This document shows positions 18,042 to 27,873 of a stretch of DNA of 64,000 bases, in pieces (the stretch's first letter is position 1; every line of letters starts with the position of its first letter). The notes under the pieces are model-generated. The model searched no databases and was not told where the DNA came from. It was given only the letters and a program-made list of their open reading frames with translations. The stretch comes from a virus: positions 10,119 through 74,118 of IMG/VR virus record IMGVR_UViG_3300045988_107526; one strand, written 5' to 3'. The position numbers were made by a program, and so were the translations under genes.

Positions 18042-18563
18042 ATGGCAGAAGAAACAAAATTAGTAACAATCAGCATGGAGTCCATCGAAGGTGATGTGAC
18101 GAAGCAGGTTTCAGTTATTGCAAAGAGGCTGAAAGACAAGGATGGTGTTTCTCTGTTTGGAAGCACAACCCTATCATCTGTAGAGAAAATGGTGATAAGG
18201 CAATACATCGAATCAGCGGTTCGAAGTTTTGCCGGCGAAATGGCACCAGTAGTAAAAACCTATCTGGACTCTTCACTTCCTGCATCAGTAACTTTCAATG
18301 TGACCCGACTGAACGAAGGACATAAGAATGCTTTCGAAAGTTGCTTTATGGGATATGTAAGGGCGTACACAGCCTACATGGTGCTAACTTTGAGCAGTAC
18401 AGAGCAAGCAAAAGTGTACTCAGAAGAAATGAATATGCACTTGAAGGCAGCAATACGGCTTGTATTCGACAAGATGCCACCTCATACATCAGTAAAGACA
18501 TTGAAAGACATGACTGGTTCCATAGAGAACGAGCCACAGTTAGAAACCATTAAACAAGGATAA
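18042..18563 (+). CDS. Hypothetical head-associated protein, 173 aa
   Basis: Tightly packed after the portal gene. Confidence 0.55.
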   Translation: MAEETKLVTISMESIEGDVTKQVSVIAKRLKDKDGVSLFGSTTLSSVEKMVIRQYIESAVRSFAGEMAPVVKTYLDSSLPASVTFNVTRLNEGHKNAFESCFMGYVRAYTAYMVLTLSSTEQAKVYSEEMNMHLKAAIRLVFDKMPPHTSVKTLKDMTGSIENEPQLETIKQG

Positions 18564-18566
18564 GCT

Positions 18567-19358
18567 ATGATCATAAAATTTCAAATTATCAAATCGGTAG
18601 TGATTGAGGCAGTAAAGTCGACAACCTACCTGAAAGCAAAGATAGACAGTTCTACTGACGAAAGAAACATCAAAACTGGTTTTCAAGAGGCAGCAGGTGA
18701 CGATGAGGTACATGAAAGAACGCTAACGCACGACTTTCAGACAGCCTTAGAAATGACAAAGACCATTCTTGCAGAATATATCGTTCCTACTGCACAAACA
18801 GTAGGAGATAACATCATCTACTACAACGACAAAGATGATGATATAGTAGAATTTGTTCTGAACGCCTCACGAAGATGCAACGGAACGCTGACCGATACTC
18901 TGGCACGACTGGTGGCAAAATACGTTGAGGACTACATGATTTATCAGTGGTGGTTGAAGACTACCAATCTGAAACAGGCAGAGCCATATCAGGCTACACT
19001 TGCACTGGACGAGCAGAGCATCAGAAGATGTTTCGTATTGAGTGGTCCGTCAGTTCCTACTGTTCCTTACACACAACATCTGACCGCCAAGGTGGACGGA
19101 AGCGAAGAGGACGGAGAAGTAACCATACGTATTGACGATATGGAAGTTACCCTATCCTACTCTATTGACGAAGGAACCATTGATGATATTGAGGCAAGAA
19201 GCAGCAACCCTAGTATACTGGAAGTACACAGAAGTCAGGAGCCACATGCTTTCTGGCTGAAACCTATCAATACAGGTGTAGCAATCATCACTCTGTTCTC
19301 CAGACACAGCGACAAGCTGAAAGTGGAAGTAGAAGCAACCGTAGCAAAGGAGGTATAA
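18567..19358 (+). CDS. Hypothetical protein with C-terminal Ig-like (Big_2-like) segment, 263 aa
   Basis: The C-terminus SSNPSILEVHRSQEPHAFWLKPINTGVAIITLFSRHSDKLKVEVEATV resembles bacterial Ig-like domains. Confidence 0.5.
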   Translation: MIIKFQIIKSVVIEAVKSTTYLKAKIDSSTDERNIKTGFQEAAGDDEVHERTLTHDFQTALEMTKTILAEYIVPTAQTVGDNIIYYNDKDDDIVEFVLNASRRCNGTLTDTLARLVAKYVEDYMIYQWWLKTTNLKQAEPYQATLALDEQSIRRCFVLSGPSVPTVPYTQHLTAKVDGSEEDGEVTIRIDDMEVTLSYSIDEGTIDDIEARSSNPSILEVHRSQEPHAFWLKPINTGVAIITLFSRHSDKLKVEVEATVAKEV

Positions 19359-19359
19359 G

Positions 19360-19968
19360 ATGGAGTTTAACAAATTACACCCAACACATTTTATCCGAGA
19401 GAGAGGATGGAAGCCCGAGCCAAATCCTTTCTTGCCGAAGCCTCGAAGAGCAGGGCACGGCTATTGGGATAAACACATCTTTATCTATGCCACCCAACTC
19501 TGGTATGATATAGATGCAAACACCAACATGGTAGGACGAGCAAGACGGAACATGAAGGACGCGCAAGGCGAAGATATTCCGACAAGCGAGAACGATCAGG
19601 AACGTCCGCTCTTCTACCGATGGTTTGAAAAGTATATTAATAAGGTGGAAGCGAATCTGTCTGCCTATGTAATGAAACCAGAAGGAAGGGTAAGAGATAA
19701 TGCCCTGAGAGAATGGGATGAGAAGGAGATATGGCTGAAATTTCCCGACTACTGGGATGATACCAAATATGATGCACTCGTCAAGCTGATACACGACTAT
19801 ATCGTGACCGGTGCGCTATACGAATACTTTATGCGCACTTTAACGAGCAAGGACCCTCTGACAATAGACCAGTTGAACCAACTGGACGAACTGGAGATAG
19901 ACATCATAGACTGCGCCAACTCAACCAAGCCGGGCAGCATGATTCACACGTTGAAACCCTTCGGATAA
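19360..19968 (+). CDS. Hypothetical protein, 202 aa
   Basis: Starts 1 nt after the previous stop, in the same operon. Confidence 0.55.
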   Translation: MEFNKLHPTHFIRERGWKPEPNPFLPKPRRAGHGYWDKHIFIYATQLWYDIDANTNMVGRARRNMKDAQGEDIPTSENDQERPLFYRWFEKYINKVEANLSAYVMKPEGRVRDNALREWDEKEIWLKFPDYWDDTKYDALVKLIHDYIVTGALYEYFMRTLTSKDPLTIDQLNQLDELEIDIIDCANSTKPGSMIHTLKPFG

Positions 19969-19983
19969 TAAAACAGCGAGCGT

Positions 19984-20397
19984 ATGGAAGATTTTGAAAT
20001 GGATGGATTTAAGTCTGTAAGGGAGATACAGAAAGAGAAGAAGGAGAAGGTAAAGAAACTTCTCCCTGCAAGAAAGAGTGCCCAAAAGGAATATATACGT
20101 GACTGGCTGGCAAGGAGCCAAGAGCAGTTTGAGGATTGTATGAACCAACTGGCAGAGTATGATCCTAAGACGTACGTCACCATCTACAAAGACCTTACCA
20201 AGCACATGATACCAAAGCAGACAGAAGTAAGCGTTACCCACGGAATAGATGCAGACTTCAAGCAGCTTATGGCACTCGGTATGACAACCGTAGAGGACGA
20301 AGACGAGGCAGACGTACTGGATATAAGCAAAGCACCCGAGATACAGGATGCAGATTTTGAGGAACTAAACGATTCAACGGATGGCTCTAGTAACTGA
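19984..20397 (+). CDS. Putative terminase small subunit, 137 aa
   Basis: Called from position only. It lies immediately upstream of TerL and overlaps it, with a basic N-terminus and an acidic C-terminus. Confidence 0.35.
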   Translation: MEDFEMDGFKSVREIQKEKKEKVKKLLPARKSAQKEYIRDWLARSQEQFEDCMNQLAEYDPKTYVTIYKDLTKHMIPKQTEVSVTHGIDADFKQLMALGMTTVEDEDEADVLDISKAPEIQDADFEELNDSTDGSSN

Positions 20398-22498
20398 ACA
20401 GGAAATAGATAATCTCGTAGCGGAAAATCAGGAGCGATACGATGAGATTTATGGCACCTACGACCCTATGACAGGAGAAGGTTGCTATAACTTTGAACAT
20501 CGTGTGCTGATAGAACTATCCGATTTCTTCATTCCTAAGATGTGGGTTCCGAAGAAGACCGCCAAATCTGTTCTGTTCAGAGGTCTGAGAAAGATGGGCA
20601 GCCTAAAAGACTACATCAACTATGTGGCGCACCAGAAGGATGATGCCCAGCATTTCCAAATGCTTACCTTTGCCATCTGTAGGGTGAGGTTCATGGAAGA
20701 CCCAGAGTTTGCCCTATTCGTGACCGATAAGATTGAGGATAAGAAGACCGGTAAGATGATTCCTTTCAAGCTGAACTATCCTCAAAGAAAGCTACTGAAG
20801 ATTATGGAGGACCTGCGGAATGCCCACAAACCGGTGTTCGTGGTTATTCTGAAAGCACGTCAGTGGGGCGGCTCTACCCTATCACAGCTTTACATCAAAT
20901 GGATTCAGGACTATAGGCGCGATGGTTGGAATGCTATTGTGCTTGCCCAACAGAAGAATACTGCCAAGAAGATTAAGGCGATGTACCGAAAAGCTTTGGA
21001 GCGTCAGCCGGGGTGGACCGTGGGGCATCCGGGCGCAAAACTCCAGTTCTCGCCATACGAAAATTCTCCTGACGATTTCCAAGTAACGGATGGTGTGAAG
21101 GCAATCAGACGAAGTACGCTGACGGTAGCATCCTTCGAGAACTTCGATTCTGTGCGTGGTAGCAACTTCCACTGTGCTCACTATTCGGAGGTAGCCTATT
21201 GGAAGAAGACACCAGAGCATGATCCTGAGGGTGTGATTTCTTCTATATCCGGTGGTATCGACCCATTGGAAGACAACGTGGAGATATTCGAGAGTACCGG
21301 TAGAGGTAACTCTGGTTTCTTCTACGACAAGTGCCAGTTGGCAATGGACCCAAAGAATAATGATGCTTATTCGTTCCTCTTTATTCCTTGTTTCTTCATC
21401 GAAAAGGATATGACTCCTGTAGAGAACAGAAGGGCATTTGCTAAGTGGCTTTTGCAGAACAGAGACCGAAGCACCTGTCCGAAGGGCTATCGTGAGACAG
21501 GAAAGTTCTTCTGGCGAATGTGGCAGAAGGGTGCTTGTTTTGAGGCGATAGAATGGTACAGAAACTACAGAAACAAGTTTACCACACATGCGGCATGTGC
21601 TACCGAGGCTCCTATTGATGAGGAAGATGCGTTCAGAAACTCAGGTAGACTGGTATTCAATCCTTATTCTATAGACGACATGCAGGCTATGTATAAGCAA
21701 GACCCTAAGTTTACTGCCGACATCGTGGTGAACATCAGCGTGAAGGATGATAACACCATTCCGAACTCGAAGGTGAAACTGAGAGACGATGGCGATGGAG
21801 ACTTGAAGATTTGGGCTGTTCCAAACTGCCTGCAAGTGGAGAACAGATATTTGGTGAGCGTGGACATTGGAGGTAAGAGTACTACATCTGACTATACCGT
21901 TATGACCGTGATAGACCGATTCGGTATGATTCCTACGGTGAAGGGTAAACCAAAGGTGGTAGCGAGATACAGGGGACATGTTAGACATGATAAGCTGGCA
22001 TGGATGGCTGCTGCCCTAGCCCATTATTATGATGATGCGCTGCTGGTAATAGAGAGTAATACGGCAGACCGAGAGAAGAACAATAACACGGAGGGTGATC
22101 ACTTTCTGACTATTCTGCAGGAGATAGCCGACTACTACGATAATCTGTATCAGAGAACGAGCAGTTCGGAGAATGTGGAAGACAACGTACTGGCGAAATA
22201 TGGTTTCCAAACCAACAAGCTGACGAAGCAACAGGTGATTGATAACTTGGAAGAGTTTATTGATGATAACCTGTATGAGGAGCCAGACAAGGAAATGTAT
22301 CATGAGTTGCGCATCTATGAGCGACATGATGATGGAAGCTTGGGTAATATCGTGGGTAACGGAAACCATGATGATGTGGTAATGAGTACCGGCATCGGTC
22401 TCTTTGTGAGTCTTACGGACATGGATAAGCCTAGCTGGAAGAAAGCGGAAAGAAGAAGCCGTGGTGGTGATGGTGTTCATACGGCGGCGAAAATTTAG
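20381..22498 (+). CDS. terL: Terminase large subunit
   Basis: Walker-A-like ILKARQWGGSTLSQ. RNaseH-like nuclease motifs VSVDIGGKS, LLVIESN and GNHDDVVMS. 705 aa. Confidence 0.8.
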   Translation: MALVTEQEIDNLVAENQERYDEIYGTYDPMTGEGCYNFEHRVLIELSDFFIPKMWVPKKTAKSVLFRGLRKMGSLKDYINYVAHQKDDAQHFQMLTFAICRVRFMEDPEFALFVTDKIEDKKTGKMIPFKLNYPQRKLLKIMEDLRNAHKPVFVVILKARQWGGSTLSQLYIKWIQDYRRDGWNAIVLAQQKNTAKKIKAMYRKALERQPGWTVGHPGAKLQFSPYENSPDDFQVTDGVKAIRRSTLTVASFENFDSVRGSNFHCAHYSEVAYWKKTPEHDPEGVISSISGGIDPLEDNVEIFESTGRGNSGFFYDKCQLAMDPKNNDAYSFLFIPCFFIEKDMTPVENRRAFAKWLLQNRDRSTCPKGYRETGKFFWRMWQKGACFEAIEWYRNYRNKFTTHAACATEAPIDEEDAFRNSGRLVFNPYSIDDMQAMYKQDPKFTADIVVNISVKDDNTIPNSKVKLRDDGDGDLKIWAVPNCLQVENRYLVSVDIGGKSTTSDYTVMTVIDRFGMIPTVKGKPKVVARYRGHVRHDKLAWMAAALAHYYDDALLVIESNTADREKNNNTEGDHFLTILQEIADYYDNLYQRTSSSENVEDNVLAKYGFQTNKLTKQQVIDNLEEFIDDNLYEEPDKEMYHELRIYERHDDGSLGNIVGNGNHDDVVMSTGIGLFVSLTDMDKPSWKKAERRSRGGDGVHTAAKI

Positions 22499-22536
22499 GG
22501 GAGTGTTGAATGTTGAATGTTAAATGTTGAATTATT

Positions 22537-25284
22537 ATGGAAAGAAACTTAGAAAGACAAACTTTGAGCTTTAGCAAGGGCATGACGAATGTTCCTAGCG
22601 ACTTGCTTTCAGATGATTCTGAACTGCTAGAGAGTGACGGATTTATCTTTAAGGATGGAGAAATGAAGGCGGTGCAGAATCCTGTAAAGATTGGTGAGAT
22701 TGCGGGGCAGAATATCATGTACGTTCACAAGATGGCAGACTATGAGAATATCATTGCTTATGATGGTACGGAAAACATATACTGGTATACCAAAAATGAT
22801 AGTGGAAATATCGTAAGCCCACCCGATGGAGTAACGAAAAGTTTCAATGTAGGAACCGTTTATGATGTAAAAAGTATAGGTAATACTTTGGTTTGCGCCA
22901 CCAGCGAAGGTCTTCACTATTTGCTTTTCAAAGGAAACAAATACAAGAATCTGGGTAAAGATTTGCCTCGTTTAGATTACGATTTTACTTTTGAACGACC
23001 AACAGGTAACTACAGACAGGAAGAAAGCGGAAGAACTTTATGTAATGCCGAGAATGCTGTTGAGACAAAAAAAGGAGAGAGCTATTTCAACCCCTTAAAC
23101 CATAAGTTTATTCAGGCTGGCGGCGTAAAACCAGATGGTAGTGAAACCGATTCATATACAATGTTCAGCGTAAAGATATCAACAGACTCAAAATATGAGA
23201 ATGAGTTTCAAGAAACCATCCAGGGGCATGTAGCGCAAGCCATAAACTGGGTTAAGAGCAAGAACATGTTTGCCTTCCCATTTTTTCTAAGATGCGCTTT
23301 CCGTATGTTTGATGGCTCATACTGCAGAATAACCACGCCTATAATCTGCTATCCTACAGTGAATAAAAACTGCATGTTCAGTGCTGCTTTTTTTGACGAT
23401 ATATTCAAAACATATTATGATCTCCATGGGATGGATAGTGCACAAAGTATGTTCTACTTTATTGAATACAGAGAGCTACTGTTTCGGTTTGAGTCAATAT
23501 CAAGTGACTGGAGTGATATAATCAAGGAGATTGTGGTTTTTGCGTCAGACCAAGTTGTGCCATTCTATATAGATAAAGGTTGGCATTTTGAAAGCCCGAA
23601 TGGTATACATAATAAGTATGCTTATGCCAATTTCGGTTATAAAACTTACGATGAAAAGCTCTTTAATTACGACGTGGATGGCTTTACGGGTACATACAAC
23701 TCATATACCAGATCGGTACATGACGAGCTTCTTCCGAAATACAAGAGTGATAATCAGATTATATCCGAATTACTCTCAAAAACAGTTTTTTACAAATTAT
23801 TCACAGTTCCAATAAGTGGCGGTTATATTGGTGGTAGCAATTATCATTACACCGTTACCGGCAAGGGTGGAGAACCGGCATTTATCAGTGATGGGACATT
23901 GGAGAACCTTCTGGAGCAGGAGCAACTGAATGTGGATGATTACTACGGATGGGCATCTTTGAGTGCAGAATCTATATACAATTATAATGGCAGACTGAAT
24001 CTTATTGGAACAACACGAACTCCTTTTGCAGGTTTCGCCAAATTTGTAGGAAAAGACAGGTTTGAGGATGACGCATTTCTTATGTTTACGCACATCGTTT
24101 CAGATAAATGTGATACATGGGTTGAAAGAAGTGTTACTGCAGATAAAGATTTTCTGCAAGGATGGCTGTTTTACCCAGACCCGAATGCTACGGAGGTTAT
24201 TTTTCACCATGCAGGGAAATATATCAGAATTAATCTAAATGCACATCCTAGATTAAATGGCGCTTATACGTTTCCTGTACTTCCACCAAATAAGCCGCAG
24301 AAGTTTACAGAAATCAGTGAAAGCGAATTGCTAAAGATTGTAACAAGCGTAAATGATAAAGAAGATTTGAATTCTCAGATTTTCACTTCTGTAGTCAACA
24401 ACCCATTTGTATTTGAGGCATCTGGAGATAATACGGTTGGAACAGGAAAGATACTCGGAATTATTGCCAACACAGAGGCGGTAAGTCAAGGTCAGTTTGG
24501 TCAATATCCATTGATGGTATTTACGGACGAAGGTATCTACGGCTTGTCGGTTAACTCAGAAGGTCTCTATAGCAGAGCCTATCCAATATCAAGAGAGGTA
24601 TGTAATGAGGATTCTCCACTGGTGCCGACGGACAGGCTTGTGTTCTTTGCTTCAAAGAAAGGACTGATGGCGGCAATCGGTGGAAGCGTAGCCTGTATGA
24701 GCGAGCAGATGAGAGGAAGAGTACCGAGGAACTTTGCGACCTTCGGTGAAGGCAAATTCATGGATTTTCTGAAAGGATGCCTTATCGCCTACGATTACAG
24801 AGACTCCATATTGAGAATATTCAGCAAGGGGAAATCATACCAATACATATATAATATGGTGGATAAGACCTTCTCAATGGTGAATAGCGGCATAGAGGCA
24901 CAGGCTGTAGTGAATGATTATCCGGATAATCTGATACAAGATACTAACGGAAACGTCTATTCACTTACGTCAAAGCCGGACATCAACGAAGATACAGAAA
25001 GCTATAGCGGCTCATTTACTACCAGACCTTTAAAGCTTGGCGGCAGCATGACGTTGAAATCGCTGAGAGCGGTGAAGCATCTGTTTGATTCGGACGAAGG
25101 TACGGTAGGACTGGAGATATACGGAAGCAACGACTGCAAGCACTGGTGCAAGCTGCCAAGCTTGGCTGGTAAGCCTTGGAAGTACTTTACTTTTAAGTAT
25201 ACGCTGCAGAACTTCAAGGCTGCTGATGCCTTTGCTGGGAGTATAGTGGAGGTACAAAGCAGACGAGAAGACAAAATGAGATAA
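22537..25284 (+). CDS. Large hypothetical structural protein, 915 aa
   Basis: Long uninterrupted ORF after TerL. No motif recognised. Confidence 0.6.
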   Translation: MERNLERQTLSFSKGMTNVPSDLLSDDSELLESDGFIFKDGEMKAVQNPVKIGEIAGQNIMYVHKMADYENIIAYDGTENIYWYTKNDSGNIVSPPDGVTKSFNVGTVYDVKSIGNTLVCATSEGLHYLLFKGNKYKNLGKDLPRLDYDFTFERPTGNYRQEESGRTLCNAENAVETKKGESYFNPLNHKFIQAGGVKPDGSETDSYTMFSVKISTDSKYENEFQETIQGHVAQAINWVKSKNMFAFPFFLRCAFRMFDGSYCRITTPIICYPTVNKNCMFSAAFFDDIFKTYYDLHGMDSAQSMFYFIEYRELLFRFESISSDWSDIIKEIVVFASDQVVPFYIDKGWHFESPNGIHNKYAYANFGYKTYDEKLFNYDVDGFTGTYNSYTRSVHDELLPKYKSDNQIISELLSKTVFYKLFTVPISGGYIGGSNYHYTVTGKGGEPAFISDGTLENLLEQEQLNVDDYYGWASLSAESIYNYNGRLNLIGTTRTPFAGFAKFVGKDRFEDDAFLMFTHIVSDKCDTWVERSVTADKDFLQGWLFYPDPNATEVIFHHAGKYIRINLNAHPRLNGAYTFPVLPPNKPQKFTEISESELLKIVTSVNDKEDLNSQIFTSVVNNPFVFEASGDNTVGTGKILGIIANTEAVSQGQFGQYPLMVFTDEGIYGLSVNSEGLYSRAYPISREVCNEDSPLVPTDRLVFFASKKGLMAAIGGSVACMSEQMRGRVPRNFATFGEGKFMDFLKGCLIAYDYRDSILRIFSKGKSYQYIYNMVDKTFSMVNSGIEAQAVVNDYPDNLIQDTNGNVYSLTSKPDINEDTESYSGSFTTRPLKLGGSMTLKSLRAVKHLFDSDEGTVGLEIYGSNDCKHWCKLPSLAGKPWKYFTFKYTLQNFKAADAFAGSIVEVQSRREDKMR

Positions 25285-25318
25285 TTCTTTCATACGCGCT
25301 AATTTATGATAACATGAA

Positions 25319-25351
25319 AAAGGCGGCTGCTCATCACGAGTGGTCGCCTTT
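25319..25351. terminator. Bidirectional hairpin terminator
   Basis: AAAGGCG...CGCCTTT stem with an A-run upstream and a T/A-run downstream, between convergent genes. Confidence 0.55.
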
Positions 25352-25402
25352 AAAATGAGTTACGAAAAACATTTCGAAAACATGATTCTCTTTATATGTG
25401 TA

Positions 25403-25885
25403 TTATCTGTTTTTGATATTATTTATGAAATACGATACGATGTAGCCTAATACGAAGCAGTAAAAATGCAGGAGTCCGTTGACATTCGGCACGGCCATGG
25501 TGCAAATAATGAACGGCATCGCTTTCTTTAATGCCTCTTTCCATCGTCCTGTCCTACCCCACATTGAACCAAAGGATGCAAATAAGAAACCGGAAAGCCC
25601 CATTGTAGGCTGACTAACATACATGGGCAGCAGACTAGCGACAGAGGCAACAGCCAGAGAAGTGACTGGTTTCATATCGTTCTTTATCTGCCAAAGCACC
25701 AGAAGGTTTACGGCAAGATGAAATCCGTTGACATGGAAGAAGCTATACAGGATATGGTTCTGCCAAGGACAACCAGGATAGAAACCGACGTGGCAAGTAC
25801 ACAGAACGAGGCAGATGATGCTAAGCACCAGCTTTGTTCGAAAGTTTCTTCTTACGAATGTCCATTTCTCTGTAATTTTTTCCAT
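25403..25885 (-). CDS. Rhomboid-family intramembrane serine protease, 160 aa
   Basis: FFHVNGFHLAVNLLVLW matches the rhomboid HxxxxHxxxN motif. GLSGFLFA matches the GxSG catalytic serine motif. NGLLHFYCFVLG supplies the TM6 histidine. Six hydrophobic helices. The start at ATG 25885 overlaps the upstream gene by 65 nt. Confidence 0.75.
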   Translation of the reverse strand: MEKITEKWTFVRRNFRTKLVLSIICLVLCTCHVGFYPGCPWQNHILYSFFHVNGFHLAVNLLVLWQIKNDMKPVTSLAVASVASLLPMYVSQPTMGLSGFLFASFGSMWGRTGRWKEALKKAMPFIICTMAVPNVNGLLHFYCFVLGYIVSYFINNIKNR

Positions 25886-26276
25886 ACTTCTTATAGTAAG
25901 CGAAAATAAACTTGAGATTACTCGGCTGGATAAAGAACTCTGGTGCAGGCTCAGAAACAAGGAACTGGCAGATAAACCATAAAGATTTTCCCACAAACTC
26001 CTTTCGCTGCGTCATTTCGTTCATCCTGTTGAACAGCGTATAGTACAACTTCTGCCGAATCGGCTTCATGCTATCCACCTTTGAGAAATCGCCGACTGCC
26101 ATTCTGCGGAGTATATCCCAAGCTCTTTTGGGAGAAACGTAGTATCTAGGAGCAGGAGAATGGACTACCTTTTCCCAAGCCTCCTGTTGGGAATGGCAAT
26201 TAGGAGCTATCTCCCGATACGCCTTCATCAGATCATCCCTCTGTCTGTCAATCAATTCGTAATTTGCTCTTGCCAT
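25821..26276 (-). CDS. Hypothetical soluble protein co-transcribed with rhomboid, 151 aa
   Basis: First gene of a two-gene minus-strand unit, with its own -7 box 23 nt upstream. Confidence 0.55.
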   Translation of the reverse strand: MARANYELIDRQRDDLMKAYREIAPNCHSQQEAWEKVVHSPAPRYYVSPKRAWDILRRMAVGDFSKVDSMKPIRQKLYYTLFNRMNEMTQRKEFVGKSLWFICQFLVSEPAPEFFIQPSNLKFIFAYYKKYGKNYREMDIRKKKLSNKAGA

Positions 26277-26299
26277 ATAAATGCTGCATTAAGATGTTG

Positions 26300-26307
26300 C
26301 AAATATA
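26300..26307 (-). promoter_or_regulatory. -7 box TATATTTG for rhomboid unit
   Basis: Minus-strand TAnnTTTG with 23 nt to the ATG at 26276. Confidence 0.5.
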
Positions 26308-26399
26308 CATATTATTTAGAATATAACCAAATAAGCGCATAAAGATTTAAATAAGTTTAATATTAGACTGGTTTTCATGGTGTTACGAAAGAAAAAGTT

Positions 26400-26407
26400 T
26401 AATTTTG
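26400..26407 (+). promoter_or_regulatory. -7 box TAATTTTG for rightward genes
   Basis: TAnnTTTG about 70 nt upstream of the ATG at 26478. Confidence 0.4.
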
Positions 26408-26477
26408 CAACGAAATAATATATATATACTAATAACTGTTAGTAAAAGGTGAAATCAAACTTAAATTCGTAACAAAA

Positions 26478-26648
26478 ATGAGAACAAAACAGGAATCGCC
26501 TCTCTCGGAAGAGGAGGAAGCATTAGTTATGGAAGGATTATTGAGTAGGAAGATTTGGAGGTTCTATGAACTTCTATCGAAGTGGGCACCCATCCCATTG
26601 ATGCTAGGCCACTGGTACGGCGTATGGGACTATGGGCATTATCCCTAG
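26478..26648 (+). CDS. Hypothetical small protein, 56 aa
   Basis: ATG ORF below the track cutoff, translated by hand (MRTKQESPLSEEEEALVMEGLL...). First ORF after the promoter box. Confidence 0.35.
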   Translation: MRTKQESPLSEEEEALVMEGLLSRKIWRFYELLSKWAPIPLMLGHWYGVWDYGHYP

Positions 26649-26964
26649 ACCAACAGTACTAGATACCGATTTCAACGGGAACTGCATCATCTGGATTTAT
26701 GTACTGGCATACATTTATATGCCACTGACCATGATACCGGTAAGTTTCTTCTTCAGATACTGCTGGATTTTCCGCATTCCGTTCTTCTATTTTTTCGGTA
26801 TCAACGCTATCAGATTGTATTATCAGCACTGGCTCATCACTCCCGAGCAGTTGGAGATGCACCATGTGTTTATCATATTCACTTTAATGCTTTACGCTTA
26901 TGGATTTATCAAAATCGCTCTATCGAATAGCAGAATCTGCCTTCGGGATGCTAAGAAACGATGA
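26632..26964 (+). CDS. Possible multi-pass membrane protein, 110 aa
   Basis: Fills the same-strand gap and is very hydrophobic. It competes with an antisense 68-aa ORF at 26659-26865, and I cannot decide between them. Confidence 0.3.
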   Translation: MGIIPRPTVLDTDFNGNCIIWIYVLAYIYMPLTMIPVSFFFRYCWIFRIPFFYFFGINAIRLYYQHWLITPEQLEMHHVFIIFTLMLYAYGFIKIALSNSRICLRDAKKR

Positions 26965-27361
26965 GTGCGGGTTTACAGAGGAAGAAGAGAGGATTGTGCA
27001 GAGAAATCTGCTTTACTGGATGGAAAGGAAGCATCACTTTGACGAGCAACTGGGCAGAGCCTGCATCGCCAACATCTATTATTTTGATGATGATGTTCAC
27101 AAGAAGTATGCTCCTTACTTCGGGTTTGATGAGTTGAAGGAGGATTATGACCGGCTATCTTGGAACATACCGGACTACAACTTCTGGGATTTTGCGGTAA
27201 CGATGAACAAGATGTATGCTGACCATATAGACGTGGTGGGCAAATGGTCGAAGAATAAAGATACTACCAGAAAAAGGATTTCGGAACTGGCTATCAGTTT
27301 CCTCTGTGACGAATCGACAAACCACCCTACAGATAAAATCTGGTGGTACATGAATAGCTAA
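26900..27361 (+). CDS. Hypothetical protein, 153 aa
   Basis: Same-strand ORF. An alternative start exists at 26948. Confidence 0.5.
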   Translation: MDLSKSLYRIAESAFGMLRNDECGFTEEEERIVQRNLLYWMERKHHFDEQLGRACIANIYYFDDDVHKKYAPYFGFDELKEDYDRLSWNIPDYNFWDFAVTMNKMYADHIDVVGKWSKNKDTTRKRISELAISFLCDESTNHPTDKIWWYMNS

Positions 27362-27362
27362 G

Positions 27363-27403
27363 TTGGAACACGGCAAAAGCTATTGAAAAGCCTTTTATCT
27401 TTG
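27363..27403 (+). promoter_or_regulatory. Late promoter module for lysis cassette: TTGGAACACGGCAAA-N18-TATCTTTG
   Basis: Exact 15-mer at 27363-27377 and -7 box at 27396-27403, giving a 33-nt offset. 26 nt to the ATG at 27430. Confidence 0.65.
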
Positions 27404-27429
27404 TAGCCATTAATCAAAAATAATGGTAT

Positions 27430-27873
27430 ATGGCAGAGATAGTACATACATTTTTACAAGAGCACCTGTACAGATCGGCATTGGTTATTGCCATCTGCAT
27501 GGGTGCTCTTATCATTTCTATGGGCGTGGACCTGTTCTTCGGAATCAAGAAAGCGAAAGAGAACGGACTGGCTACGACAAGTACAGGATTCAAGAAGACT
27601 TGCGACAAGGCGAGGAAATACTTCTCTCCCTTCATGGTGACGGTCTGCATAGACCTGATAGCCTGTACGGTTCTCCCCTTCCCTGTCTTCTCTATGATTT
27701 GGGCAGGCTATTGCGTGTTCTGTGAATTTGTAAGCGTAAGGGAAAAGAGCTGGCAGAAGGCCGAGATACGGAAGCAGGAGAAGACTGTAAGTATTCTTCT
27801 GGAGAACAAAGAAGACTTGGCTAGGGCTTTTGTTGAGATTATGAAGGAACAGGGAAAGGAGGAGAAGAAATGA
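27430..27873 (+). CDS. Putative holin (three hydrophobic helices, charged C-tail)
   Basis: 147 aa with three TM-like segments and a K/E-rich tail. ATGA overlap with the amidase gene. Confidence 0.6.
   Translation: MAEIVHTFLQEHLYRSALVIAICMGALIISMGVDLFFGIKKAKENGLATTSTGFKKTCDKARKYFSPFMVTVCIDLIACTVLPFPVFSMIWAGYCVFCEFVSVREKSWQKAEIRKQEKTVSILLENKEDLARAFVEIMKEQGKEEKK

Noticed and set aside
26659-26865. Antisense 68-aa acidic ORF
   Set aside because: It has no upstream -7 box or partner genes on that strand and is embedded in a rightward transcription unit. I cannot exclude it, and the competing plus-strand ORF is also weak.
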